The notes beneath the pieces were generated by a model that ran no database searches, was not told the origin of the DNA, and worked only from the letters and a program-made list of their open reading frames with translations. Positions 40,021 to 53,529 of a DNA stretch of 64,000 nt are shown here, piece by piece. The stretch spans positions 37,758,001 through 37,822,000 of the forward strand of contig NC_043001.1 in the NCBI RefSeq assembly GCF_006345805.1, read 5' to 3'. Each line of letters starts with the position of its first letter. Position 1 is the first letter of the stretch. Made by a program: the position numbers and the translations under genes. This DNA comes from Octopus sinensis. Taxonomy: Eukaryota.

Positions 40021-40139
40021 AGTTGAATGAATTGATCACAGAAAAGGCTTAATTTTTAGAAAAAGAAAAGGAAAATAAGGAAGCTTCTAGTAATGCAGAA
40101 AGTTTTACAAAAATCTTTATATTTCATGTGCAAAGAAAT

Positions 40140-40520
40140 GTCTAGTTACACTGATTTCGCTATTATATTTGAACTTCTCAGTCTTTGGGTTAGCAGCAGT
40201 AGCAATAACTCCCCAACTGCTGTTTGTTGTGATGTATTTTCACATGTCAATGGTGGAAGATGGCATTGGTAATGTATGTTATGAGGTTGGCCATAGTCAC
40301 TGTAATGTCTTCATAGGATATACCAGCCCATCTCCAATTGACTGTTGATTTCAGGTTCAGGTGGTGAATGAATATAGCTTCCTTGATATGAAGATTTCCA
40401 CTGTTAATTTTTATTTCAATGGTCTCATCAATGATGAGATTGAATTTGAAATCAAGGGGGATGAAACTAATTTCTGCAAGAAATTTAGTCTCACACTCAA
40501 CTATTTTTGTTATATAACTA
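40140..40520 (-). mobile_element. probable Penelope-like element 3' end (GIY-YIG C-terminus plus decayed hammerhead-like tail)
   Basis: LHIKEAIFIHHLN resembles the IKEAIxI motif; followed by CTGAGAAG...GCGAAAT. Confidence 0.4.
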
Positions 40521-41411
40521 TCTTCAATGGTAACAATGATAATAATAATAAACATGGTTTTGAATTTTGGTAAAGGTCAGTAATTTTAGGAGGAGAGGAT
40601 TAGTCAATTACATTAACCTCAGTACTTGACTGGTACTTTATTTTATCAACTCCAAAAGGATTACGGGCAAAGTTAACCTCAGTGGAGTTTGAACTCAGAG
40701 TTAAAAGAAATGCTGCTCAGCTTTTTGTTTGACATGCTAACAATTCTGCCAGCTCGCTCACCTTAACAACAACAATAACAATAATCCTTTCTACAATGGG
40801 CACAAGGCCTGAAATTTGTGAGGAAAGGATAAGTCGATCACATTAGTCCCAGTACTTGACTGGTACTTAATTTGTCGACCCCAAAAGGAGGAAAGCCAAA
40901 GTCGACCTCAGCAGAATTTGAACTCAGTATGTGAAGACAGATGAAATGCCCCTATGCATTTTGCCCAGTGTGCTAACGATTCTGCCTTAGCAACAACAAC
41001 AACAATAATGATAATGATAACAACAATAATAATGATAATTTTTTTTATTATTAATGACAGCAACAGCAACAACAAAAATCAAATTAAAGCTAACATCTAT
41101 GAGAGATTCAGTTACAAATCTCTTAAAACTAATATTAGAAAAGTAGTGTTGTTGTTGCTGCTGTTGTTGTTGTTGTTGTTGGTCGTGGTGGTGGTGGTGG
41201 TGGTGGTGGTGGTGGTGGTGTGGTGGTGGTGGTGGTGGTGGTGGTGGTGATGGTGGTGATGGTGGTGGTGGTGGAGGATAAATTTGTCATAGCAAGGGTG
41301 ACCCTGGGGGTTATGATCATAATGATAACATAAAATTTTACTTGATAACTTATTAATCAAAACTTTTAAAGAAGGAAGCTTTGAAATAACTTGAATGTTG
41401 TTTTGCTTGTT

Positions 41412-41445
41412 TATATAAAATAATTGTAACTGAGAGATTCAATTC
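41412..41445 (+). promoter_or_regulatory. TATA box plus Inr-like core promoter of the MAM-mucin gene
   Basis: TATATAAA at 41412-41419; TCAATT with A at 41441 (TATA at -29); ATG 13 nt later. Confidence 0.6.
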
Positions 41446-41453
41446 CAAGCGGA

Positions 41454-41520
41454 ATGTCTATATTACAAGTCACAAAAATTAGTTGCCTTTTACTGATTGG
41501 AATCCTTCCATATACATACG
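41454..41520 (+). CDS. MAM-mucin gene exon 1: signal peptide
   Basis: MSILQVTKISCLLLIGILPYTY(G); donor ACG|GTAAGA, phase 1. Confidence 0.8.
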
Positions 41521-41594
41521 GTAAGACATTAATAGATTTATTTTCATGTAACAAATATGTCATATTAGTCTGTTTGATATCTATATACCTAGAG

Positions 41595-41795
41595 CAGTGG
41601 TTTTCAACCAGAGTTCCGCCAGTACAGTCCAGGGGTTCCGCAAGAAGTTACAAAACTGCTAAAATCGGCAGTAATTTTTAATTATCCTGTGCAGATATGT
41701 GTGCATAAGACTATTAAATTATTGCACAGGGGTTCCTCGAGCCAGTGGAATGTTTCCTTGGGGTTCCGCTCCAGCAAAAAGTTTGAAAAGCACTG
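41595..41795. mobile_element. hAT (Charlie-type) MITE in intron 1
   Basis: CAGTGGTTTTCAA / TTGAAAAGCACTG TIRs and perfect 8-bp TSD ACCTAGAG (41587-41594, 41796-41803). Confidence 0.9.
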
Positions 41796-42439
41796 ACCTA
41801 GAGTATAAGGTAAGGTAAAAAAAAAAAACAGCACAATTGTATGACAATGGTTCTGAAAGACCTCAGGTGTACACACACATGCACACACACACTCACACAC
41901 ACATGCACACACACTCACACATGTTCACACACACACATGCACACACACATGCACACACACACTCATACAGGCACACACACACACACTTTCTTGTATATAC
42001 ACTCACTTAAAATACATGAACATGCACATATTTGTGCACACATATTTTTGCACACATACCCACATGAACATATCCATAAATATGTACATGCATTTACATG
42101 TAAACGTTAGGTGACAAGCTGACAAAAATATTATCACACTGGACAAAATGCTCAGTGACATTTCTTATGACTTCACATTTTGAGTTCAAATGTTGCCGGG
42201 TTGACTTTACTATTTATTATTTTGGGGTCAATAAAATAAGTACCAGTTAGGTACTGGGGTTGATGAAATCGACTTCACTACCCCTCAAAATTGCTGGCTT
42301 CATGCCAAAATAAAAGAATTTTTATATGTACACATATATATAAGAGTGTGCTAATTACTATTAGCACTATTTCATCCTGGTCTTGTGAAAGATTTTCTAC
42401 CCACGTGTTAGTCTCATGTCGTACATCTACACATCTTTG

Positions 42440-45400
42440 TATCTCAGGAAAAGGTGACCTTTACTTTACACCCAAATGCCAGTTCACCAGAGACCACATG
42501 TTTTGGAATATGACCATCATCCAAACAACAAACATCTTCAACTTATCAAAATTGTTATTGGAGTGGGAAAAGCAAACATGGAGAATGTGCCTACCCTAGA
42601 AATCCCTTCCTGCCAGCAAATCTCAAGGATTCTGCAAGAACACCTCATATGGAACACATGAAAATTGTTGTTTTTGTGAAAAATGTGTTGTCCACAATTC
42701 ACTGCAATAAATGATTGTACAAAGAACACAATCCTGACAAATGTATTTCTTAGCAAATAATCTCTGATGTTATTCTGCTATACTTTCCAAGTGAGTCTTG
42801 AGAGAGTAATAATTTCATTTCCAGTTGATTTCTTCCCAGTTTCCTTTCTCAGGCAATGTTATCTTTAGCAAAGGAGCCAAGGTATTGAAACTTATGAACT
42901 ACGTCCAGTTACTTACCTTTGATTATAATGCACAGAGGTGCTGGAGTACTTTGTCTCATAACATGGATCGTCTTGTGACTGATTGTAACTCCTAAAAATC
43001 TGTCCATAATACATTTTAGACTTCTGCAGAGATTAAAGATATAGCTTCAACATCAGCAAATGCCAAGTCTCTGATAATAACTTTTCTTATCCCAGTTTTG
43101 ACATTTAGTCTGGCTATATTGAAGATCCAGTCATCTTACTTATCAGATGAAGTCTTGAGTATTTGTTTTATGAGCAGCCTTACGAAGATACCATACTTAT
43201 TCAACACTACTTTTCCCTCCAAATTCACAAGACATTGATCCATCATAGTATACAGAGCTCAACATTCCATTATGGAAAGACCTTATGATAAATTATTGGG
43301 TCATCCCATAAATAATGCAGTTTTTTTTATACTTTTACTTTTCAAAATTAAGATAAAGTTTTTTAATTTAAAATATACTCTCTTTCATTTTCTACATTAC
43401 TCTTCCATCTGTCTGGTAGACATGCAATGCCCCTCTTCCAAAATTCACTTGTCCATGATGAAAACTACTCCTCCAGTACTGTTCTGACCTTGTCTAAAGA
43501 ATTAATATTTTTTCTGTCCAAAGGATTTTGAAGACTGGAATAAATGATAATCAGATGGGGTAGTATCCAACGAATATGATGAATGGGGTATCATTTCCCA
43601 TTCAAACTACTCCAACCTTTGCAATGTCATTCTCACTGTATGTAACTGAACATTAGCCTGATGAAAGAACACCTTTTGTTTTCAAACCAAAGATGGTTGT
43701 TTTTCTTCTAGTACTGATGTTGATAAATGGTTGAATGACCAAATTCAAGCTTCTCTGATAGTTCCTCAACAGTTACAGCAGGATTTTCTTCCACCAAGGT
43801 TTGCAGAATATCTTCATCAAACTCTACAGATCTTCCAGGACAAGGCTCATCTAGGCTGTAGTTTTCAGCTTGGAATTTCTGGAATTGACACTGGTTTATG
43901 CTTATTACCCAATCCCCAAATACTGCATTGATATTCTTTGCATTTTCCATTATGTTGTTGCCTTTATCGAACTCATAAAGCAAAATATGCCAAATATGCT
44001 CCTTTGTCACTTCCATTATAGCTTTGAAAAAATAACTGTTAAAACTGAACTGCACTCTTCAAAACTTGCACTAAGAATAAGTACAAGGTAAAATTACTAC
44101 TTGCTTTTATAGCAAGTTGATGAAGGTATTTTATCCCATCCCCCTCCAATCTTTAGTTCATGCAAATGAAAAACATGCATTATTTATGGGATGACCCAAT
44201 AGATTTGGTTTGCAATCAGTGAATGTTATCATCTTAAAAAGACCATTTTGAACAATGAAATCAAAAGCTTTGCTAGGTTAATGAAGGCTAAATATAATGG
44301 CTGATTATGTTCTCATTATTTTCTTGAACTTGATGCAATGAAAATACCATGTCTGTAGTTGATTACTTGGTATGTGATTGTGACTCAGGATATACTCTGT
44401 CAGCAAACCTTTGCCAACTAAAGCAAGAAGAAATATAACATAATAAATTATTGCAGTCACTACTGTTACATTTTGTTCTTATATTGTGCAACAATATTGG
44501 CATCTCGCATATCCTGAGGAACTGTGCCCTTTCCCAACATTGAATGAGAAGCTTTTGCAGAAGTACAAGGAAGATTGGCATGATGTTTTTAAAGACCTCT
44601 ATCGAAATACAATTTTTGTGGGGGACTCTGCCTGATGGCATCTGATCATGAAGTCCTTCTATTATAGAGAATTCATCTTGTTTGATCATACATGGGAAAC
44701 TTTGAATACCATCAAAGTTGATTGATCAACAAGTTTCTTTCTTCAATGATATTCAGTAAAGTTCCATCCATTTCTCTATCTATTCAGGTCTCTCTGTAAT
44801 TATTGTTATAGATTTGGGCTTTAACAGAGCAATTTATTACTGATTGAAGTATCTTTTTTCTTTTTACCAGAGTACACCTCCCTGATATTACTTGTGTCTC
44901 AGGTTTTTAGGAGGGAGTTGGAGAGGAGTCAATAGTTATTAATGCCTATTCAGACAGTTACTTGAATTCTGCTTCTAGTTGTCACAAGTGTTTGGTGATT
45001 CTTGTAGAAGGCAAGATTTTTGTAGGCCTGAAGAGTCTATAATTTGCAGCACTGAAGTCACATAACCTTTCTAAATAGAATGAATGCCAATTATTGTGCT
45101 GCAGGATTTTTCTCAGAAGATTCTATTGCAGCAATGTGAAAGATTGTTTTGCAGTTGTCCAAGGGCTGCATGGCATTTAATGTTCTACAGTTTCTCAAGA
45201 AGACTTATGAGACCAATGAGTTAAAGTGGACAGGCTTTCCTGGTTTTGTATCGTTTGTTACATTCAGGAATATCAACCCCTCTGTCTTTGGTGCAGACAA
45301 GTGAATAGTCTATATCACAAACTGCCTTGTTTTAAGTCCTGTTCATCCTATCTTAAGTAGCTTTAACTATTATCATTGACCTTGTCAATGTTGTAACAAT

Positions 45401-45900
45401 ATAAGCAAATAGGCAATCTTCTTTTTATTGCATCACCTCTGGCATTAAAGTAGTGAAAAATTATCAAGGTTCTTTTTCTAGGAAATGTTTGGTGTGACTG
45501 TCCAAGTTAACATCGAAGTCATCAACAACAGTAAGTCTAGTGTCATACATATAGAGAAGATGAAATCTTGTGAAGGAAAAGCATACACTCTGTATCTGAG
45601 CTAGTAAGGCTTAAAGAAGTGTATTCAAGACAGCAAACAAAACACTGTGTCCATGAGTTTCATATTCTCTCTTGCCTTACCAGAAAAATGAGTAGACAGC
45701 TTTTCTTAGGCTCCTAGATTCAGTCTGACGGATATCTTGAAGAGCAACAGTGCACATAAAGATCTGACAAGAAGATTCGAAAATAGATTTCCGATGTCAA
45801 TACAAATCCTTTGTACTGATTCTTTAACTTGAGCTAGTTGATGTTAAATAATCAATTTATCAGCATAGTTATATTATGATTTCTAATATAGGCATAGACC
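42440..45900 (-). mobile_element. RTE (BovB-like) LINE, degraded and interrupted by a mariner remnant
   Basis: LLIQCWE, SDCNN, RVYPESQ, IFNIARLNVKT...IRDLAFAD, FHMRCSCRILEICWQ. Confidence 0.8.
43330..44110 (-). mobile_element. internally deleted mariner element
   Basis: HILLYEFDKG...SLDEPCPGRS...LVEENP...EELSEKL (N-term) and YSLDTTPSDYHLF (YSPDLAPSDYHLF). Confidence 0.85.
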
Positions 45901-46203
45901 AAACATGTTGGGGCAACAGAACTTGAAAGATGAGAACTCTATTCTAAATGAAGGAATGTAAAATATTAGACTAAGTTACTTGTTTAATATGAAGTCTACA
46001 ATATAAAAATTTTAATTCACTTACTCAATTAAATCTATTGAGAAAGGTATGAGCATCACAGAATCTCATTTCCCCTTTCTATATTAAACCTAATACTTTG
46101 AGTCTATGTAAAAACAAAAATTGATATTAAAAATAAAGTAAAATTATTCCAGTACACAATACTTTCAGAAAGCTAATAGTGTTTATATTTTCATAATATA
46201 AAG

Positions 46204-46305
46204 GTTCCTGGGAATGCAGTTTCCGAAAGGGAAAGTGTCATTGGTCTACTAGAGATGAATATTGCTCCTGGAAATGGACAAACAAGCAACTTGATGGAGT
46301 TAAAG
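46204..46305 (+). CDS. MAM-mucin gene exon 2: MAM domain N-terminus
   Basis: AG|GT..AAAG|GTGAGA, phase 1-1; SWECSFRKGKCHWSTRDEYCSWKWTNKQLDGVK fits the MAM C-x-F-x3-C-x-W...W pattern. Confidence 0.85.
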
Positions 46306-46929
46306 GTGAGATTTTTTTCCCTTTTTTTCTCTGTAAGCTTGAGAAATATTAGTATTACAAAGTCTTATTTTTTCTTCATTTTCACACATCTTACTATTAA
46401 TATAACAGTTCAAACAAAAATGTCTGAGTAAATATGAAGGAATATTTACATATTTATTAATCCCCAAGAAATAGCAGCCAAATTATTCTTAAATCACACT
46501 CTGGAAGCTCAGACTATATAAAATCTGGTACATAAATAGATGAGTTGGTCATGGTTGGAATTCACAAGGAGATCAAACAGAACCCAGTACCTTCCCAATT
46601 GATTCATCAGTTATAAGTTTCTTCTGATACCTACATTTGTGAAATATATACCCTCATGTTAATGACTTGAAACCAGAATTGACTGTTGTTGAGGGTTAAG
46701 TGGTTTTACACAAAGCATGATATTGTCTCAGACAGTTACTAAATCTCATTAATATACATATACACAACAGAAATGATACTCTAGGTTTTGGAATTTTTTC
46801 TATCTTTGTCAAGAGGAAAGGATGGCAAAAAAACATTTGCAGACCCTCAGAGACCAGTTAGATCAATTTTTTTTTATTCTTTAATTTACATCACATCACT
46901 TGTAGACATTGATTCTAACTTGAAAACAA

Positions 46930-47340
46930 ATTTCCCTCCAGGCTTGTGAGATGACACGACACATGCCAACTCTGAGACAGTGCACAGTCATGAGACATTA
47001 AACAAATTTTCATTCAAATGTTAGATCAATAAAGTCTATGTTCAGCTTGAACATCTGTAAGCTGACATCTGCAAAAACAAGATATCTAGAGTGTTGATAT
47101 GTTGGGGATGAAGGATTGTGTAAAGGAGTTAGTGTGCAACAGTAGGGGTTAGAAGATGAGGAAAGACAGGTGTTTTGGTTTGACTTGGTGGAAGTGGTAT
47201 TAAGTAGCAAGGTTCATTGCAGTAGTGATAGAATAAGAAGAGAGAAGAGAGAATCATATTTCCAAGGCAGTACATTGGTGAATGAATCAATGCCAAAGCA
47301 CTGAGATGACTTTGTATTAGTTAAGACCTTGGGTGTTTGT
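46930..47340 (-). mobile_element. CR1/Jockey-like LINE fragment
   Basis: Degraded post-RT region (KSNQNTCLS...RYL); weak. Confidence 0.4.
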
Positions 47341-47507
47341 GTGCTTAGTAACAGCATCATGTATGACAAACAACCTCAGTGTATATATATATATATTTAT
47401 GTGAGTGTTTGTGTGTGTGTGTGTGTGCATGTGTGCATGTGTATCATTACTATAATATGAATTACTATCACAAACTCATACATGCATACACTACACACAG
47501 GCAGAGA

Positions 47508-47547
<40 letters not shown>

Positions 47548-47579
47548 AATGAGCAGTGAGCAGACAAACAAGAGAAGGA

Positions 47580-49080
47580 CACTCAACAGATTTATTGGGA
47601 GTTACATTACATGTATGGATCAAACAAGTTGATTCAAATTCCTTTAGTACTTCAAGTTTCAAGCGTGATGCTAATCTTCAGCCATTGGAATTAGAATAAG
47701 ATGTCGATGAAGGAGAGTCACTGTTTATTGGTGGGGGTCAGCCTGTGATTGGTCAAGAATATAAACTCATGTGGTTATGTACAAGGGGTAAGAGTATGCA
47801 GGCATGATGATGGGTGTTTCATCTCAGAAGTTACAGTGTCTCCAGAGAAAGTGCATTCTCTTTATCTTTGGATCTGAATGAGTATATGTGCTGGGAGTAC
47901 CTTACCTTAAAGTCAATAGCTGTCATGCCCGTATAGTGCCTAGTGATATCATCAGATGATATAAGGGTAGTTCTATACTACAGCCCTTGAGAGGCAAAAT
48001 CCTTCTAGAAAACAGGTGGTGAGGTTTCGGCAGTTGCAGGATAGGGTTGGGGTTTGTGTGGGCACATTATTGTGTCTGTTGATGCATGTGATATTAGATA
48101 CAATATTGTCTAAACAGGAGTAACTCACTTTGACATTGTGGTGCTGACGAATTTGTAATACTTATGACCTCTGGGGAAATGTTTCTTAATTAACGACAGG
48201 AAGCCCCTGGCTACGTTGGTGGAAACTACTAGGTTAAATGGGGTGGGGAGTTAAACAGATTAGTTTCCTCTTCCTAACTGTCTTGGTGTGAGGAGAGAGG
48301 ATTTGGAGATTGTCCACATATGTGAGCTTCTCAAAAAATCCCCTCCTAGACAAAGCATTGTTGTAGTGGGAAACAGTGCTATTAAAAGTCTCCTTGTTGG
48401 CCAATAGTTTTGATACCCATTTGCTAATACCTGAAAGCAGATTTCTAATTACAGCAGGAGGTGGGGAGTGGTTTGAGCTCTTGTGAATATATGCTGTTTC
48501 ATCATTAGGCTTCCTGTACAGGGTGTACTTACCCATGTTCAGGTCTAAGGTTACATCCAAGAAATCAGCCATAATCAGGTTGGTGGTAACTGTTATGGAC
48601 AGGCTGAACTCTTTGAATATTCATATTTAAGTCCTTCCTAAATGTATTCATGTCATGCTCGTTCATATGGCTTGAGATAGCCAGGCCATCATCCCTATAC
48701 AGAACCAACATATATGGGTGGGTACGTCTCTTGGGGGTGTCCAAAATGTATAACCTGATGAAACAGCCAGCACCAAGTGGACTGTTGTCTACAGGGCACC
48801 ACCATATTTCCCCAGCACTCCTAATTGCCAGCTCTGCCTCCATGAAACCTGCATATCATCTATCAACCTGCAGTCTCCATCAACAAAAACTACAATCTAT
48901 CCTATTTCTATCACCAAAAGGATGTCCTTCTGATAAATTTCAAACCACTGGCTGCTAACAACCCAGATATACCTCCTTAGTACCAGCTACTCCCCTGCAC
49001 CGCCTGTACCAACTAACTATATCAGCCCCATGAGCAGGACCGAAATCCTCAATCTCCAACGCTTCTCCATGCCTGTCTAA
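47580..49080 (-). mobile_element. Penelope-like element remnant (RT, thumb, Cys linker, GIY-YIG, pLTR)
   Basis: LYRDDGLA, FLDVTLDL...YRKPN...SNH, RKRKLI, NVKVSYSC, SCNCRN...C...GFCL...VV. Confidence 0.85.
47637..47692 (-). ncRNA. hammerhead-like fold at the Penelope 3' end (stem II decayed)
   Basis: AAUUCCAAUGG-CUGAAGA-uuAGC aucac GCUu-GAAA-CUUGAAGU-A-CUAAAGGAAUU; GUA cleavage triplet. Confidence 0.5.
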
Positions 49081-49534
49081 CTGCATACTCTCACCCCTTG
49101 TACAGAGCCAAACAAGTTTATATGCATGCATGCGCATGTGTGTGTATGTGAATGCATGTGTGCATCTGTAAATCATATGCATGCATACAGATGTATGCAC
49201 ACTAGTGTATATGTGCATATGCTCATGCATTTGCACTCATGCATGTCCCTTTGAGCAGGTGCATGTTCATGTGTGCTCATGTGCACTGATGTATGTGCAT
49301 GCATACTCATGTGTATGTGCACACATGTGCATATGCTTGTGTGCATCTGAGTAGATGCTTGCATGCACATGTGTATGTGCTTGAATGTATGTGTGTGTGT
49401 ATGTGTGTGTGTGTATGTGTGTGTGTGTGTGTGTTTGTGTGTGTGCGCATGTGTGTATATGTGTGTGTGTTGGTGTCATAAGTATTATTATCACCAAACT
49501 CATACATGCATACATACAGAGAAACAAACAGATA

Positions 49535-49568
<34 letters not shown>

Positions 49569-50383
49569 CACACACATATATATTGAAGATATACTTTTCT
49601 GGAAAGTGATTTCATCTGAGACAGTGAATTGAAATGTTAAAACTAAAACAATTACAGCATGGGGGAGATATATTAGACATTCAAAATGCACAGAGACTGT
49701 TAACTTCACTTAAACATATATTATTTGGTGGATGTCAAACATTTCATTTGGGACACGGTTGTTGTCAGTATATATAGTATATATCAGGGTTATAAATACA
49801 TTTTTAGTCATTCTGATTGTCATTGTTTGGCACTGGTAGTTGGTTCATTAAAACAGTATGTGTTTGTAATATACAAGGTTTCTCTTTCTTCTTCCTTTGG
49901 TATTGTATTGAACAGCAAGTCAGAAATGACAACAAACAAAAAAATGTATAAGTTTCTAACCACAGGTTGACACAAACTCTACAAAATCAGGTTGGGGAGC
50001 AAGTATACTTGTGGATGGAAATCTTGCTATTTTACACATGTTTAATTTACTGAAAACAGAAAAATAAGATGCACTTAAATCTTTATGATAAAATTTTATG
50101 TAAAAAATGTAATAGTTATACAATCTCCCAACTTTGCATGTTTTTAAAGATATGATTTTCTAATTAATGATATTATAATTTCAAGATTTCACATAATGAG
50201 ATGTTGATTGTATCAGGGGTAATGGATAAATACATGTATTCATATGTTGTAAATTAGTACATTAAGTCATGATCTGAAGTATTTTTATAAAAATTTGTTT
50301 GTCTTCATGTAAGTATTTGCTTATCTGTCTCTTCATCTATATATTGGCCTATCTGGCTATCCATCTTGCATTGTTTTACCTAG

Positions 50384-50628
50384 GTTATATGGTTTCCACT
50401 GGACAAAGCAGATGTACATCACAAATGAAATGGAAAGCGGCTACTTGGGGAGAAGCTGGGAAGCCTTTTTCCTTCTTATATCAAATAAATGGAAATGGTA
50501 AAGTTAACTTAACAGTAATTTGTTTTGAATATGGTCTCCTTGGGGATACTCCTCATAAAAAATGGACTTGTAATGCATCTCCAGCACATAGATGGACAAA
50601 GGCTCACATAAACTGCCCTTATAATTTG
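50384..50628 (+). CDS. MAM-mucin gene exon 3: MAM domain core
   Basis: CCTAG|GT...TTG|GTAAGA, phase 1-0; GYMVSTG...FSFLYQINGNGKVNLTV...W.CN...HRWTKAHINCPYNL. Confidence 0.85.
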
Positions 50629-50985
50629 GTAAGAATTCCTTATTGTCAAAATTCTTTTGCTAATATCATTTCTCTCTCTCTCTCTCTCTCTTTCACATAG
50701 ATGCACACATGGATACATTAATTCACACACACATACACATAAACACACACACACATGGACACACGAGGTTACACAGACATAAAATGGACACATGAATACA
50801 GACACACATGCATGTGCAAATGCAGTAAACGCAGACACATGGACATGCATGCAGACACACACATAAATACATACAGACACACAAGCACATGCTCATTAAC
50901 ATACACACATGGACACATACACATGTACACACACATGTGGACATACACATGTGGTATACACACATACACACACACGTGCACACAC

Positions 50986-51018
<33 letters not shown>

Positions 51019-52089
51019 ACACACACACACACAAAACCAATTCTATTGCTGTTCTTGCCTGAAAAATGGTAGGATGATTTCGTTTGGGAAAACCAATGCA
51101 CTTTATCAAGTGATGGGAGCTTTGCCTCATCTCCTTATACTAAGGACAGTCATAATGTGAACTAAGCTGTAATTCAACAAGGTTTGCTACGAAATGTATG
51201 ATGGGAGTGATAAGAAGAAAATACACATACGTCTGTTTTTATAAACTACCACAGTTCATTAGGCCAGAGCTTACATTTGGTTTCTGAGGTATTAAGTAGA
51301 TGACAGTTAAAAAAAACTAGCTTTGAAAACGATATCTCATTTTGTGGGTAACACTTCCCATAGAAACTTATCACACAAATTCATGCTGTGCCCACTAGGC
51401 AATTTGAAGCACAGCTACAGCTAATAATCCTTTGGAAATAGGAAGTTTCAGCCAATGAAAGTGACATGATATTCTGTTAAATCAAATACCTAATTGCATA
51501 CTAAATGGAATTCACAAAAAATTCGTTAAAAATTTATATTTATGCCTTATTTTGACAGAAAAAATATTTAGAAAGTAGTTTTTATTAGCCAGGACAGTGA
51601 GAGTAATAGGCATGTTTCTATCTTATAGAACTTCATCAGCAGAGCTTTGTCAGAACAAAATTTACTTGATCAATTGACAATAGATTTATACATGGATAAA
51701 ATATTTTTAAAAAATAGCAGAAGAAGCATCCCCAGCAATATCTGTTGTAATATCAAAAATTTTCAGATGCAGCACAAATTTTATTCAGTGAAAAGGACAC
51801 TGCTTTGAACAATGAAAATTTTGACTCCACATTACAAATAAATGTTTAAGTGAAGTTATTGGTCTTGTATGATTCTAAATGGCTAATTTATGTCTTCTGC
51901 ATTGCAATCACATTAATTTGCCTCGTATCAAATAAAACTGAATCAACAGATCTGACTATTATTTTCAAATGGATTAAAATAAGCAAAGGGGCAATATTCT
52001 GGTAGCAGGACATGAGTTGCCAGAATCTTGACTAGTTTTTCAATACTCTACCAACTCAGCCAGAAAATAAGAACAATAATTATTTTCAC

Positions 52090-53500
52090 AGAGTCTGGTG
52101 GGTAATTTTACTTGCCACCAGCACGAGGACCAGTCAGGTGGTACTGGCAATGGCCACACTCAAATGGTGTTTTTTACATGCCACGTGCACAGGGGCCAGT
52201 CCAGTGGCACTGGCAATGACCTCGCGCGAATATTTTTTCACATGCCACTGGCATTTTTATGTGCCACCAGCACTGAAGCCAGTCAGCTTTCTGGCAATGA
52301 TCACGCTCAGATGGTGCTCTTAGTGCTCCACTGGCATGGGTGTCAGTCATCGACTTTGATTTCGATTTCGATTTCACTTGCCTCAACAGGTCTTCACAAG
52401 TAAAGTTTAGTGTCCAATGAAGGAAAGGTATGCATAAGTGGGCTGGTTACACCCCTGACATAGGCCATGGGTTATGGTCTCACTTGGCTTGCCGGGTCTT
52501 CTCATGCACAGTATATTTCCAAAGGTCTCGGTCACTAGTCATTGCCTCTTATGTGTCCATAGCTTACACTGGGTACATCTTATAGTGTTTCTACCTACAC
52601 CTTTTCTACAGATCGAGCAGGGCCATCTACCTGAAGGGATTTGTTATTTGACAGCCTTCCTACTGATTAGGACTTTGGGTTTAGCTAGGTTGACTCTAAG
52701 GCCCTTTGTTTCTAATCATTGCTTCCACACCTGAAACTTCTCCTCTAGTTCTCATAGTGACTCAGCAATTAGAGCAAGGTCGTCAGCATACAGAAGCTCC
52801 CAGGGGCATCTTGTCTTGAATTCCTCTGTTATTGCCTGGATGACTATGATAAATAGGAGGGGGCTGAGGACTGAACTTTGGTGGACCCCTCCTTCTATCC
52901 AGAATTCTTCACTGTACTCATTGCCAACCCTCATCTTACTGACAGCATCTCTGTACATGGCTTGCACAGCTCTCACTAACCATTCATCTATCCCTAGTTT
53001 TGTCATTGACCAACACATAAGGGATTGGGGGACCCTGTCAAAGGTTTTCTCCATGTCAATAAAGCCAGGTACAGAGGTTTATCTTTGGCTAGGTATTTCT
53101 CTTGCGGCGAGCTAGCAGAAAGTTAGATTGCCGGGCGAAATGCGTAGCCGTATTTCGCCTGTCGATACGTTCCGAGTTCAAATTCCGCCGAGATAGACTT
53201 TGCCTTTCATCCTTTCGGGGTCAAATAAAGTACCAGTTACGCACTGGGGTCGATGTAGTTGACTTAATCCCTTTGTCTGTTATTGTTTGTCCCCTCTGTG
53301 TTTAGCCCCTTGTGGGTAGTAAAGAAATAGGTATTTCTCCTGCAGCTGTCTTACCAGAAATATAGCATCAGTGGTGCTTTTCCCTGGCATGGACCCAAAT
53401 TTCATCTCATCTAAACTGACTCTCTCCCTAATTAGTTGGGTTATGACCCTCTCTGTGACCTTCATTATCTGATCCAACAACTTGATACCTCTGTAATTGT
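52090..53500 (-). mobile_element. RTE LINE copy (RT to 3'UTR, internal deletion), interrupted by a SINE
   Basis: STTDAIFLVRQLQEKYL / MEKTFDRVP...GVHQSSVLSP...LLYADDL / RWPCSICRK. Confidence 0.85.
53106..53327 (+). mobile_element. full-length SINE with 16-bp TSD
   Basis: TSD TAGGTATTTCTC(T/C)TGC at 53090-53105 and 53328-53343. Confidence 0.9.
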
Positions 53501-53529
53501 TTGTATCTAAAGTGTCACCTTTATCTTTG

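Noticed and set aside
40355-40529. Plus-strand exon-like ORF (VQVVNEYSFLDMK...ITIFN) with AG/GT borders, phase-compatible with MAM exon 2
   Set aside because: The opposite strand reads better as a Penelope GIY-YIG C-terminus (IKEAIFI), and a stronger first exon with TATA/Inr exists at 41454; probably a shadow frame. RNA-seq could revive it.
49090-49632. Cys/His/Val-rich ORFs here and at 7660-8079, 32967-33170, 41841-42110, 50723-51160, 40954-41360
   Set aside because: Translations of (CA)n, (TA)n and trinucleotide microsatellites
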